NCBI GenBank assembly: GCA_035523855.1
Contig: DATKPX010000014.1
Location: 1 to 33,309, forward strand
Length of the DNA: 33,309 nucleotides
Source: Stellaceae bacterium
GTDB lineage: Bacteria > Pseudomonadota > Alphaproteobacteria > ATCC43930 > CGMCC-115725
Direction of reading: 5' to 3'
Program-made: the position numbers and the translations under genes
Shown: piece after piece, positions 16,259 through 24,493 of the stretch
How the letters are laid out: each line of letters opens with the position of its first letter
How positions within the stretch are numbered: the first letter of the stretch is position 1
The notes under the pieces: generated by a model
What the model was told of the DNA's origin: nothing
The model's input: only the letters and a program-made list of their open reading frames with translations
Databases searched by the model: none

Positions 16259-17335
16259 TCAGGCCACCGGCGGGCCCACATAGCGCGAAGCCGGCCGGAA
16301 CATCCGCCCCGTCTTCTGCTGCTCGAGCGCGTGCGCGATCCAGCCGGGACAGCGGGCGATCGCGAAGACCGCCGTGAACGCCTCGCGCCCGATGCCGACC
16401 GCGTCCAGCAGCAGCGCCGCGGTGATCTCCACATTGGCCGGCAGGCGCCGGCCCGGCTTCACCCGGTCGACGACAACGGCGATCCGCTCCTCGACCGTCC
16501 TGGCGAAGGCGAGCCTGCCCGTTGCGGACGCCATCGGCTCGAGCGCCCGGCGCATCGCCGCGACGCGCGGGTCGTTGCCGCGGAAGACGCGGTGACCGAA
16601 GCCCATCAGCCGCTCGCCGGCGCGCAGCTTGCGCTCGATCGCGGCGTCGATGTCCTCGGCGGCGGCGAGCTCGTCGAGCAGATCGAGCGTCGGCCCCGGC
16701 GCGCCGCCATGCAGCGGCCCGGTGAAGGCGCACCAGGCGCCGAGCACCGCTGAGGTCAGGCTGGCGCGTGTCGAGGCGATGACGCGGGCGGCAAAGACGG
16801 ACGGACCCAGCCCGCTGTCGATCATCGCCGTGAAGTAGGTATCGAGCGCCCGAGCCTTCGGCGGGTCCGGCACCTTGCCGTGCAGCATCCGCAGGACATC
16901 GGCGGCGGTGGTTGCGGCCGGATCCGGCGCGACCGGCGGCTGGGCGATGGCGGCGCGGGCCAGCATCGGCACGGCGACGGCGAGCGCGCCGACGATTTCT
17001 GCCGGCGAGCTCTCATCGGGAAGCGCGGCGAGGCAGGCGCGCACCCCCGCCCCCAGATCGTTCCGGCCGGCCTGCAGCAGCCAGGACCCGAGCCGCGGAT
17101 AGGCCGCCGCTCTCGCCCGGCCGAGCTCGGCCTGCACGCTCTGGCGCGTCGCTCCCGCGCCGGCGAAGCCGTCCCAGAGCAGCGCGACAACCCCCTCGTA
17201 GCCATGATGCTCGGCGAGCTCGGAGAGTGGCACGCCGCGGACCCAGAGCTTGCCCGCCGCCGGCTCCATATGGCTCAGGACGGTGTCGGCGACGACGACA
17301 TTGTCGAGGCCGCTCGTTGCGCTCGGATCTGCCAT
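16259..17335 (-). CDS. Citrate synthase family protein (short, citryl-CoA lyase-like)
   Basis: ATG 17335 (MADPSATSGLDNVVVA...). It has the GPLHGGA and GFGHRVF catalytic His motifs. The upstream 240 codons of ORF 16259..18055 are rejected. Confidence 0.85.
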   Translation of the reverse strand: MADPSATSGLDNVVVADTVLSHMEPAAGKLWVRGVPLSELAEHHGYEGVVALLWDGFAGAGATRQSVQAELGRARAAAYPRLGSWLLQAGRNDLGAGVRACLAALPDESSPAEIVGALAVAVPMLARAAIAQPPVAPDPAATTAADVLRMLHGKVPDPPKARALDTYFTAMIDSGLGPSVFAARVIASTRASLTSAVLGAWCAFTGPLHGGAPGPTLDLLDELAAAEDIDAAIERKLRAGERLMGFGHRVFRGNDPRVAAMRRALEPMASATGRLAFARTVEERIAVVVDRVKPGRRLPANVEITAALLLDAVGIGREAFTAVFAIARCPGWIAHALEQQKTGRMFRPASRYVGPPVA

Positions 17336-17473
17336 GCTGTCGGGCCCGTTCTCTGCTCGTCTGTCGCGCCGAAGCCGGATTCCTCGCGGCGCCTCGCATG
17401 CGAATATATCGGGTCGCTGTCGGGCCGACGAGTCGGCGTGGCAATTGACTGCGAACTGCTGTCTAGTGCCGGT

Positions 17474-17956
17474 ATGCCGCTGTCGAACGCGGGTTTGCTT
17501 CATCAGGCGGGCGCGATTCCCTACGCCATCGTGAACGGCGAGGTCCGGATTCTGCTGGTGACGTCGCGCGGCACCGGGCGGTGGCTGATCCCAAAAGGAA
17601 ACATCGATCCCGGTCGCACGCCCGCCGAGGCCGCCGCAAAGGAGGCCTATGAAGAGGGCGGCATCAGAGGTCGGATCACGACCGAGATTCCGCTCGGCTT
17701 CTTCACTTATTTCAAAGCATTGAAATCGGGAAAGCAGAAGCCCGCCACCGTCGAGGTCTACGCGCTTCTCGTGGACCGGCAGCTCAGGAGATGGCCGGAA
17801 GGAAAGCAGCGGGAAGCCCGCTGGATGTCGGTCGAGGCTGCCGCCAAGTCGGTCAAGGAGCCGGGGCTCTCCCAGCTCATCCTGCGGCTGAAGCAGATCG
17901 TGGAGCCGGAAGACGAGCCGGCCCGGCGGAGGCCACCCGCGAACCACGGACCCTAG
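17474..17956 (+). CDS. NUDIX hydrolase (second copy, a different subfamily from 14403)
   Basis: ATG 17474 (MPLSNAG...). Nudix box GNIDPGRTPAEAAAKEAYEEGGI. It is the 3' part of ORF 16880..17956. Confidence 0.85.
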   Translation: MPLSNAGLLHQAGAIPYAIVNGEVRILLVTSRGTGRWLIPKGNIDPGRTPAEAAAKEAYEEGGIRGRITTEIPLGFFTYFKALKSGKQKPATVEVYALLVDRQLRRWPEGKQREARWMSVEAAAKSVKEPGLSQLILRLKQIVEPEDEPARRRPPANHGP

Positions 17957-18699
17957 CGGCTGGCCGGCGCAGCGTCCGCGATGACCGCGTTTTCCCCCGT
18001 TGGATTGAGGTTGAAGACGAGATAGGTCAGCGGCGCGTTGCCCGGATTGCTCCATTGATAGATCGTGCCGGCGGGCTCGTAGGAGATCGATCCCGCTGCC
18101 CGCACGGTTGCGACGCCATTTGCGATCTCGGCGCCGGTGCCGGAGAGAACGTAGTGCAGCGCCACTCCCGAGCGATGGTGTGGCACGTCGGCCGGAGCCT
18201 GATGCGGCAATGTCACGCGGCTTACATTGAGGACATAGCTGCCGGCCCGAAGGCCGGGTATCGGCGAGACCGCGCGAAAAAGCTCGCGGCCGATGCCGCC
18301 CGACACCTCGGAGAGATCGAAATATGCCACTGGCGAGAGCAGGAATTGCAGATAGGTCGACCGCTCGCCGGGCGCGGCCCGAATGGCCAGCGTCGCGCCG
18401 CCCGGTATGAATATCGCTTCGCCTGCGCGCAGGCTGCTCGGTTTCCCGTCGACGGCGAGCTGCGAGGCGCCCGATACCTGATAGTAGATCCCGCTCGCCG
18501 TCGCGACGCTGCTCATCGCGTCGGGCAGCAGCGTGCCGCCCACCACTTTCACGTAGAACGGCAGATCGCTCACGTCCGGCAGCGTGGTCGAGGCAACGAC
18601 CGTCGCCTCGGACGATACCGAGTGCGTGATGGTTTGAGCGGGGACGGGTGTTGCCAGGACTGAGCCAAGGAGTGCGGCACCGATCCGACCATAGCGCAT
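17953..18699 (-). CDS. Secreted or membrane-anchored cupin-domain protein
   Basis: ATG 18699 gives the signal-like MRYGRIGAALLGSVLATPVPAQT. The C-terminal cupin pattern is HHRSGVALHYVLSG. The in-frame extension up to GTG 18975 stays open (see findings). Confidence 0.7.
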   Translation of the reverse strand: MRYGRIGAALLGSVLATPVPAQTITHSVSSEATVVASTTLPDVSDLPFYVKVVGGTLLPDAMSSVATASGIYYQVSGASQLAVDGKPSSLRAGEAIFIPGGATLAIRAAPGERSTYLQFLLSPVAYFDLSEVSGGIGRELFRAVSPIPGLRAGSYVLNVSRVTLPHQAPADVPHHRSGVALHYVLSGTGAEIANGVATVRAAGSISYEPAGTIYQWSNPGNAPLTYLVFNLNPTGENAVIADAAPASR

Positions 18700-18971
18700 G
18701 ACGGCCCCCGTTGCTTCTCTAACCAGATCTCTGGCCACGCCGGATTGGCGAGCCTCTCGGGCCCGCAACCCCTTTGGCGCGGTGGTCCCGCCTTCGGGCG
18801 CGCGGCGCCGCACGCTCAGATACAGGCGATACCAATAGCCGAACCGCTGCCAATCGCGCTGCCGATACGCTTCCTCGCATTGGGTCAGCGCATAGTCGGC
18901 GAATGCCGTCGCATGTCGCGTGCCCGTCCGCCGCGCCCTCTCCGCGGCCAGATCGACGGGCGGCGGCTCGC

Positions 18972-20693
18972 TCACGAGGAGCCGCCGCCGGGCGCGGCCG
19001 GTGCCGCATCGGGCGGCGCCGGCCGCGACGCGGAGCGGACCCGTGACGGCTTCTTCAGGCGGCTCGGCTGCAGCTCGCCGGCGGCCTCCAGGATCGGATA
19101 GGCCACCGAGCAGAGATGCGAGTGGATGCGCTTGAGGTCGCGCAGGATGTCGAGATGGAGCGAGCTGGTCTCCACGCTCTCCGCCCGCCCCTCGCGGAGG
19201 CGGGCGAAGTGGTTCTCGGCGGCGGTGCGCTCGGCTTCCCGGACCTGCACCTTCTCCCGCAGCAGCTGGCGCGCGATTTTCACGTCGCCGGCGATGAAGG
19301 CGCCCAGCGCCAGCTTCAGGTTGTCGACGACGCGGCGATGGAAGGCCTCGAGCTCGGCCATGCCCTCCTTCGAGAAGCTGTAGTTGCGCTTGATCTTCTT
19401 GGCGGCGAGCTCCATCAGGTTCTTGTCGATGATGTCGCCGATGTGCTCCAGGTTGATCGCGAAGGCGATGATCTCCATGGCCCGCCTGCCGTCCTCCTCC
19501 TCCAGGCTCTCGCGGGTGAGGTTGGTGACATAGAGCTTGATCGCCTCGTGCAGCTTGTCGACCGCGTTGTCCATGCGCTCGATCTCGCCGACGAGGCGGC
19601 GGTCGTTGGTGGCGAAGGCCGTCATCGTCTGCCGCAGCATCGTCTCGACGATGTCGCCCATGTGCAGCGTCTCGCGCGCGGCGCAGGTCAGCGCCACGGA
19701 CGGCACCTCCGCCGCCGTCTCGTCCAGATAGACCGGCGCGCCGGGGTCGGCCGCCTGCTTCTTGTCCGGCAGGAAGCGCGTCAGCAGCCAGGCGACGCCG
19801 TTCAGCGCCGGCAGGAAGAGGAGGGCGAGCGCCAGGTTGAAGACGGTGTGGAAGTCGGCGACGAAGCGCACGGGGTCGGGATCGAGCGCCACGAACTCCC
19901 GCGCGAGCGGCGCCAGGAAGGGCAGCACGAGGAGGCAGCCGATCAGGCGATTGGCGAGGTTGCCGACGGCGAGGCGCCGGGTCGCCGGGTTGTCCGCCGA
20001 GCCCACCTCGAACAGCGGGTTGACGGCGCTGCCGAGATTGGCGCCGACCGTCAGGGCGATCGCCGCCAGCGGCGTGACGAAATTGGAATAGGAGAGCGAC
20101 ATGGTGAGGATCACCACCGCGACGCTCGAATGCGCCGCCCAGGCGAGAAGCGCGCCCAGGAGCACGTTGAGGGCGGGCTCGCCGGTGATCAGGTGCAGCA
20201 GGCTCCGCACGCCCGGCGCCTCCTCCGCGGGGGCGAGCGTCTCGAGCAGGATGTGCAGCGAGAGCAGCATGAGGCCAAGGCCGATCGCCACCCGCCCGAG
20301 GTCGCGCGTCCGCGTCCGGCCGGCGCGCTTGAAGGCGATCAGGCCCAGGAACAGCAGCACCGGCGCCGCCGCCGAGACGTCGAAGGACATCACCTGGACG
20401 ACGAGCGTGGTGCCGACGTTGGCGCCCAGCATGAGCGCCAGCGCCGGCACCAGCGCCAGCATGCCGCCGGCGGCGAAGGAGCCTGCCATCAGCGCGGTCG
20501 CCGTGCTGCTCTGCAGCAGCGCGGTGATGCCGAGCCCGGCCAGGAAGGCCTTGGCGCGATTGTCGAGGTGCACGCCGAGGAACCGGCGCATCTCCGCGCC
20601 GAAGGCCCGCATGATGCCGCTGTGGACCATGTGCAGGCCCCAGAGCAGCAGCGCGATGCCGCCCAGGAGGTCGAGAAGGATCAGCTTGCTCAT
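18972..20693 (-). CDS. Na/Pi cotransporter family protein with C-terminal PhoU-like domains (YjbB-like)
   Basis: 573 aa. It has the N-terminal polytopic LLQSSTAT and HSSVAV repeat motifs and a C-terminal helical PhoU-like repeat. Confidence 0.9.
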   Translation of the reverse strand: MSKLILLDLLGGIALLLWGLHMVHSGIMRAFGAEMRRFLGVHLDNRAKAFLAGLGITALLQSSTATALMAGSFAAGGMLALVPALALMLGANVGTTLVVQVMSFDVSAAAPVLLFLGLIAFKRAGRTRTRDLGRVAIGLGLMLLSLHILLETLAPAEEAPGVRSLLHLITGEPALNVLLGALLAWAAHSSVAVVILTMSLSYSNFVTPLAAIALTVGANLGSAVNPLFEVGSADNPATRRLAVGNLANRLIGCLLVLPFLAPLAREFVALDPDPVRFVADFHTVFNLALALLFLPALNGVAWLLTRFLPDKKQAADPGAPVYLDETAAEVPSVALTCAARETLHMGDIVETMLRQTMTAFATNDRRLVGEIERMDNAVDKLHEAIKLYVTNLTRESLEEEDGRRAMEIIAFAINLEHIGDIIDKNLMELAAKKIKRNYSFSKEGMAELEAFHRRVVDNLKLALGAFIAGDVKIARQLLREKVQVREAERTAAENHFARLREGRAESVETSSLHLDILRDLKRIHSHLCSVAYPILEAAGELQPSRLKKPSRVRSASRPAPPDAAPAAPGGGSS

Positions 20694-20862
20694 GTCCCTC
20701 CCTTGCCGGTTCAGGATGGGGCGGATGGCGTAAACCTAACACCGGGACATGGCAAGGAAAACCCGGTCGGCGCCAAGGTTCCGCCCGCCGGCCGCGGGAT
20801 TTTTCCCGTGACGGCGCGGCCGCCGTGATGAACCCTGGCCTCGAGGAGAGGCGGGAGGGTGC

Positions 20863-21243
20863 ATGATCGATCACATCTCGATCGCGGTGCGGGATCTCGG
20901 GGCGAGCGCCGCCTTCTACGAGCGCCTGCTGGCGCCGCTGGGCTTGCGGCGCCTGGTGGAGCGCGCGGCGACCGTCGGCTTCGGCAAGACCTACCCCGAG
21001 CTTTGGCTCAATCTCCGCCCCGGCATGCCGCCCGTGGCGTCCGACACCGGCTGCCACTATTGCCTGCGCGCCCGCGACGAGGCGGCGGTGCGCGACTTCC
21101 ATGCCGCGGCGCTTGCCGCCGGCGGCAGCAGCGACGGCGCGCCCGGCCCGCGCCAGGGCGAGATGATGCGCTACTACGGCGCCTTCGTCCGCGATCTCGA
21201 CGGCAACCGGATCGAGGCGGCGAATTTTCCGCGGACGGGGTGA
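20863..21243 (+). CDS. VOC/glyoxalase-bleomycin resistance family protein
   Basis: Starts MIDHISIAVRDLGASAAFYERLL and ends FVRDLDGNRIEA. Confidence 0.85.
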   Translation: MIDHISIAVRDLGASAAFYERLLAPLGLRRLVERAATVGFGKTYPELWLNLRPGMPPVASDTGCHYCLRARDEAAVRDFHAAALAAGGSSDGAPGPRQGEMMRYYGAFVRDLDGNRIEAANFPRTG

Positions 21244-21245
21244 GG

Positions 21246-21587
21246 CTATTTCCGGTAGACCACCAGCATGGTGCAGCCGGTCTTGGTCGCCGCGACGTGC
21301 GGCGCGCCGATCGCGCGCAGACAATAGTCGCCGGCCTTGTGGGTGCGGTCGTCGTCGGTGAACTCGCCGTCCAGCACCAGGATCTCCTCCAGCCGATCGT
21401 GGCTGTGCGAAGGAGAGAAGGCGCCGGGATCCATCCGCATCAGCATCGTGGTGCCGCCCGCGCCGTCGTCGAGCAGCGGCTTGATCCAGAAGCCCGGCGT
21501 CTCCGTCGGTTGCCATTCGGTCGCGGCCGCCGCCAGGTGGCGCGATCCGCTGGCGATGCGGGGAAGCGGGGCTTTCGAGGTGCTCAT
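21246..21587 (-). CDS. Cupin domain protein (ChrR-like cupin)
   Basis: ATG 21587 follows AGGAGGAG. It has the cupin motif SPSHSHDRLEEILVLDGEF. It overlaps the upstream NMO gene by 4 nt. Confidence 0.75.
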   Translation of the reverse strand: MSTSKAPLPRIASGSRHLAAAATEWQPTETPGFWIKPLLDDGAGGTTMLMRMDPGAFSPSHSHDRLEEILVLDGEFTDDDRTHKAGDYCLRAIGAPHVAATKTGCTMLVVYRK

Positions 21588-22573
21588 GCTGTCTCCTCCT
21601 GGGTCTTGGTCACGCGATAACGGTTGGAGGCGCCGCGGAGCAGCGTCTCCGCTTCCCGCACCATGCGCGCCACGATCTCGGCCGCCGGCGGGATGTCGGT
21701 GACGAGGTCCACCGCCTCGCCGGCGATCACGCCCGCCACGTCGAAGTCGCCGGCGGCGCGCGCCGCGGCGTAGCGCGCGGCCTCCGCCTCCTGATGCTGC
21801 ATCAGCTCCGCCTCGCGGCCGCGCCAGCGCTCGCTGAATTCGTTGCGCAGCAGGCGGCCGGTGTAGGGCGCCGGCCACACGTTGCCGCGCGCGATATCGA
21901 AGAGGATGCTGCGGATGGTGCGGTCGCCGCTGCCGGCCACCAGCCGTTGCTTGGCGGCGCCATGGCCGGCCGCCTCCTCGCTCGCATAGAAGCGCGTTCC
22001 CACCAGCACGCCGGCGGCGCCCAGCATCAGCGCCGCCGCGAGGCCGCGGCCGTCGGCGATGCCGCCCGCGGCGGCGACGGGCAGGTCGCCGACCGCGTCC
22101 ACCACCGCCGGCACCAGCGCCAGCGTGCCGCGGCTCATGCCGTGGCCGCCCGCCTCGCCGCCCTGTGCCACCAGCAGGTCGGCTCCCGCGCCGGCCGCCG
22201 CGCGCGCCTGCTCGACGGTCTGCACCTGGCAGACGAGCGCGGCGCCGGCCTGCTTGATCCTCGCCGCGTGCGGCGCCACCTCGCCGAAGGAGAGCATGAC
22301 CGCCGCCGGCCGGCGCTCCAGCGCCATCTCCAGCACGCGGGGCCGCTTCGCCATGCTCCAGGTGATGAACCCCACGCCCACCCGCGCGTCGCCGGCGGCG
22401 TCCAGCTCGCGGGCGAGCCAGGCCTCATCGCCATAGCCGCCGCCGATCAGGCCGAGGCCGCCGGCGCGGCTGACCTCGGCGGCAAGCCGGCCGTCGGCGA
22501 CCAGATCCATCGGCGCCAGCAGGATCGGGTGCCGCACCTGCAGCAGCGCCGTCAGCGGCGTCGAGATCGGCAT
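21584..22573 (-). CDS. Nitronate monooxygenase (NMO, 2-nitropropane dioxygenase family)
   Basis: ATG 22573 follows GAGGAGGAA. It has the motifs HPILLAPMD, VAQGGEAGGHG and AAGGIADGRG. Confidence 0.88.
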   Translation of the reverse strand: MPISTPLTALLQVRHPILLAPMDLVADGRLAAEVSRAGGLGLIGGGYGDEAWLARELDAAGDARVGVGFITWSMAKRPRVLEMALERRPAAVMLSFGEVAPHAARIKQAGAALVCQVQTVEQARAAAGAGADLLVAQGGEAGGHGMSRGTLALVPAVVDAVGDLPVAAAGGIADGRGLAAALMLGAAGVLVGTRFYASEEAAGHGAAKQRLVAGSGDRTIRSILFDIARGNVWPAPYTGRLLRNEFSERWRGREAELMQHQEAEAARYAAARAAGDFDVAGVIAGEAVDLVTDIPPAAEIVARMVREAETLLRGASNRYRVTKTQEETA

Positions 22574-22756
22574 CGCCGGTTTCCTCCTCGCGGGAGCCCA
22601 ACGATCCGCCATGCCGCATGGCTTGGCAAAGGGAATCCGGCGGGCGGGACGGCGCCCCGGGCGCGGGGCGCGCAACCCCGCCTCGCCAAATGCGCGGGTT
22701 GACCGGCGCCGCCGAGGCGAGACAATTGCGCCATACCCAGCAGGAGGCCCGACCCC

Positions 22757-23038
22757 ATGAAGGCAACCCTCGATGGCCGTGTCATCGCCGAGAGCGAGGA
22801 CATCGTCGATGTGGACGGCTACAAGTATTTTCCCGCCGCGGCGGTGCATCGCGAATGGCTGCAGAAGGCGCCGAAGACCGCTTCCGACCTCGAATGCCCG
22901 CACGGCGTCCAGTTCTACGACGTCGTCATCGACGGTGCCCGCCACGAGCGCGCCGCCTGGTCCTACGAGGCGCCGCGTCCGAAGCTGCAGCAGGTCGCCG
23001 GCCGCTTCGGCTTCTGGGAAGACGTCAAGGTCGGCTGA
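22757..23038 (+). CDS. DUF427 domain protein
   Basis: 93 aa. The VIAESEDIVDVDGYKYFP...CPHGVQFYDVVIDG...AAWSYE pattern is typical of DUF427. Confidence 0.75.
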   Translation: MKATLDGRVIAESEDIVDVDGYKYFPAAAVHREWLQKAPKTASDLECPHGVQFYDVVIDGARHERAAWSYEAPRPKLQQVAGRFGFWEDVKVG

Positions 23039-23087
23039 TCCCGACATCGGGGTTGAATTGCGCGCGGCGGCATCCATCATATAACGG

Positions 23088-23552
23088 ATGACCGCCGCCT
23101 TCTTTGCCTGGAGCGACGCCTTCGCCGTCGGTCACCAGGAACTCGACGCCGACCACCGCCGCCTCGTCGCGTCCATCGCCGACATTGCCGCTGCCGTCCA
23201 CGAGCGGCGACCGCCCGAGGAGCTGCAGCCGCTGCTGAAGGGCCTGAAGCTGCTCGCCGAGGTGCATTTCCAGCGCGAGAACGCGGTGCTGCTGGAGATC
23301 GCCGGCGGCGCGGTGGAGAGCGAGGAAGGCCGTGTCCAGACCCAGGCCTATCTCGAGGCGGTCGGCGCCGCCGCGCTCGACGCCCATGCGGAGCAGCATG
23401 CGATGGCGCTCGAGCAGCTCGCGGCCATGATCGCCGCCTTGGACTCCGGCGCCACCGAGCCGGCGAAACTCTGCCTCGACCTCAAGGACTGGTTCCTCGA
23501 GCATGCGACCGTGTACGACGCGCATCTGAAATCGATCTTCCAGCTCGCCTGA
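23088..23552 (+). CDS. Bacteriohemerythrin-like protein, copy 1
   Basis: WSDAFAVGHQELDADHRRLV, VHFQRENAVL and LKDWFLEHATVYDAHL match the hemerythrin His/Glu/Asp ligand pattern. There is no SD upstream. Confidence 0.8.
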   Translation: MTAAFFAWSDAFAVGHQELDADHRRLVASIADIAAAVHERRPPEELQPLLKGLKLLAEVHFQRENAVLLEIAGGAVESEEGRVQTQAYLEAVGAAALDAHAEQHAMALEQLAAMIAALDSGATEPAKLCLDLKDWFLEHATVYDAHLKSIFQLA

Positions 23553-23648
23553 CCAATGGCCGCGTCTCCCGCGCCGAATGGCCGCGCCTGCATGCGCCCG
23601 CATGCGGCGGGGTTGATTTGCGCGCGGCGTCGCACATCCTCTTAGCGC

Positions 23649-24113
23649 ATGAAACCACTCTTGAATTGGGCGGACAGCTACTCGGTCGGTCATGCCGGCC
23701 TCGACGCCGATCACCACCATCTGGTCGATTCCATCAACGAGGTCCAATCGGCGATGGAGGCGCGGCATCCGGCCGAAAAGATGCGGTCGCTGCTGGAGCG
23801 GCTGGCGCTCTCGACCGAGGCGCATTTCAACCACGAGAACGCGGTGCTGGAAGAGATCCGCGACAGCGTCAAGGTGGCGCCGCCGAAGCTGCGCCGCCAG
23901 CGCGCGCATCTGAAGGCGCTCAGCGATCTCGCGCTTGGCGCCCACATCCTCGAGCACCGGTCCTCGCTCATCAAGCTGGTCTGGATCACCCGGGTTCCCC
24001 GCACCGATCACGAGGTCTGGGGCCCGGATCTCTGCGCTAGCCTGCGCGACTGGTTTCTGGAGCACGCCATCAAGTACGACGCCGACCTGAAGACGATCTT
24101 CCAGGCGATGTGA
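23649..24113 (+). CDS. Bacteriohemerythrin-like protein, copy 2 (tandem paralog)
   Basis: WADSYSVGHAGLDADHHHLV, AHFNHENAVL and LRDWFLEHAIKYDADL. Same length as copy 1 (154 aa). There is no SD upstream. Confidence 0.8.
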   Translation: MKPLLNWADSYSVGHAGLDADHHHLVDSINEVQSAMEARHPAEKMRSLLERLALSTEAHFNHENAVLEEIRDSVKVAPPKLRRQRAHLKALSDLALGAHILEHRSSLIKLVWITRVPRTDHEVWGPDLCASLRDWFLEHAIKYDADLKTIFQAM

Positions 24114-24140
24114 GCGGCGCCGGGTCCGTCTTCGGACGCT

Positions 24141-24491
24141 CTACGCGGCCGCCGCCTGGCCCTTCAACACCGGAATGATCTGGCTCGCCGCGGCGAGGAA
24201 GCTGTCGAAGTTGGCGAGAAAGCTCGTCGCGGTCGTCATCCTCGCGGCGGTCGAGGTCATGCTCCGCGTCGCTTTCTTGAGAGCGTCGAGCGCCGCGATC
24301 ATCGTGGGATCGTCGAGGGCGGCCTCATAGGCCTGGGCGGAGATGTCGGCCTTCTGCTGGCTCAGCGTCTCGATCTGATCGTCGAGATCGTCGGCGCCCA
24401 TGTTCCTGAGCCGGATCGCCGCGGTGATCCGGTCGTCGAGGATGCCGGAAGCGCGGTCGCGCTCGGCGAGGATGTCGTCGATCATGGGCAT
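24141..24491 (-). CDS. Small acidic helical hypothetical protein (116 aa)
   Basis: The ATG lies 2 nt after the upstream gene's stop. A strong SD, AAGGAGGG, lies inside the upstream gene's last codons. I recognise no family. Confidence 0.6.
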   Translation of the reverse strand: MPMIDDILAERDRASGILDDRITAAIRLRNMGADDLDDQIETLSQQKADISAQAYEAALDDPTMIAALDALKKATRSMTSTAARMTTATSFLANFDSFLAAASQIIPVLKGQAAAA

Positions 24492-24493
24492 GG

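Noticed and set aside
16259-18055. N-terminal extensions of listed ORFs (16259..18055, 24494..26380, 29433..31133, 12662..13816, 187..1371, 2911..4191, 2420..3685, 10296..12092)
   Set aside because: In each case the upstream part has low-complexity Arg/Pro/Gly composition and overlaps another well-supported gene or an AT-rich intergenic region. An internal ATG with an SD begins the recognisable domain or signal peptide.
20694-20862. Pho box upstream of the Na/Pi-PhoU transporter gene
   Set aside because: I could see no tandem CTGTCAT-like repeats with 4-nt spacing in the 169-nt upstream region.
17953-21516. 1187-aa minus-strand ORF, the longest in the track
   Set aside because: Only its last 248 codons (the cupin protein, possibly plus a 92-codon extension) look real. 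The rest is Arg/Gly/Ala/Pro-rich and runs out of frame through the well-supported Na/Pi transporter gene and antisense to the VOC gene. This is a typical high-GC open-frame artefact.
23053-23630. FixK/FNR box upstream of the hemerythrin genes (TTGAT...)
   Set aside because: Only the left half-site TTGA(A/T)T is present. The expected ATCAA half at N4 is replaced by GCGCG in both copies.
24114-24140. Possible terminator hairpin between hemerythrin copy 2 and the convergent 116-aa gene
   Set aside because: There is only a 5-bp core stem (gtccg/cggac) with a bulged outer helix and no U tract, which is too weak to call.
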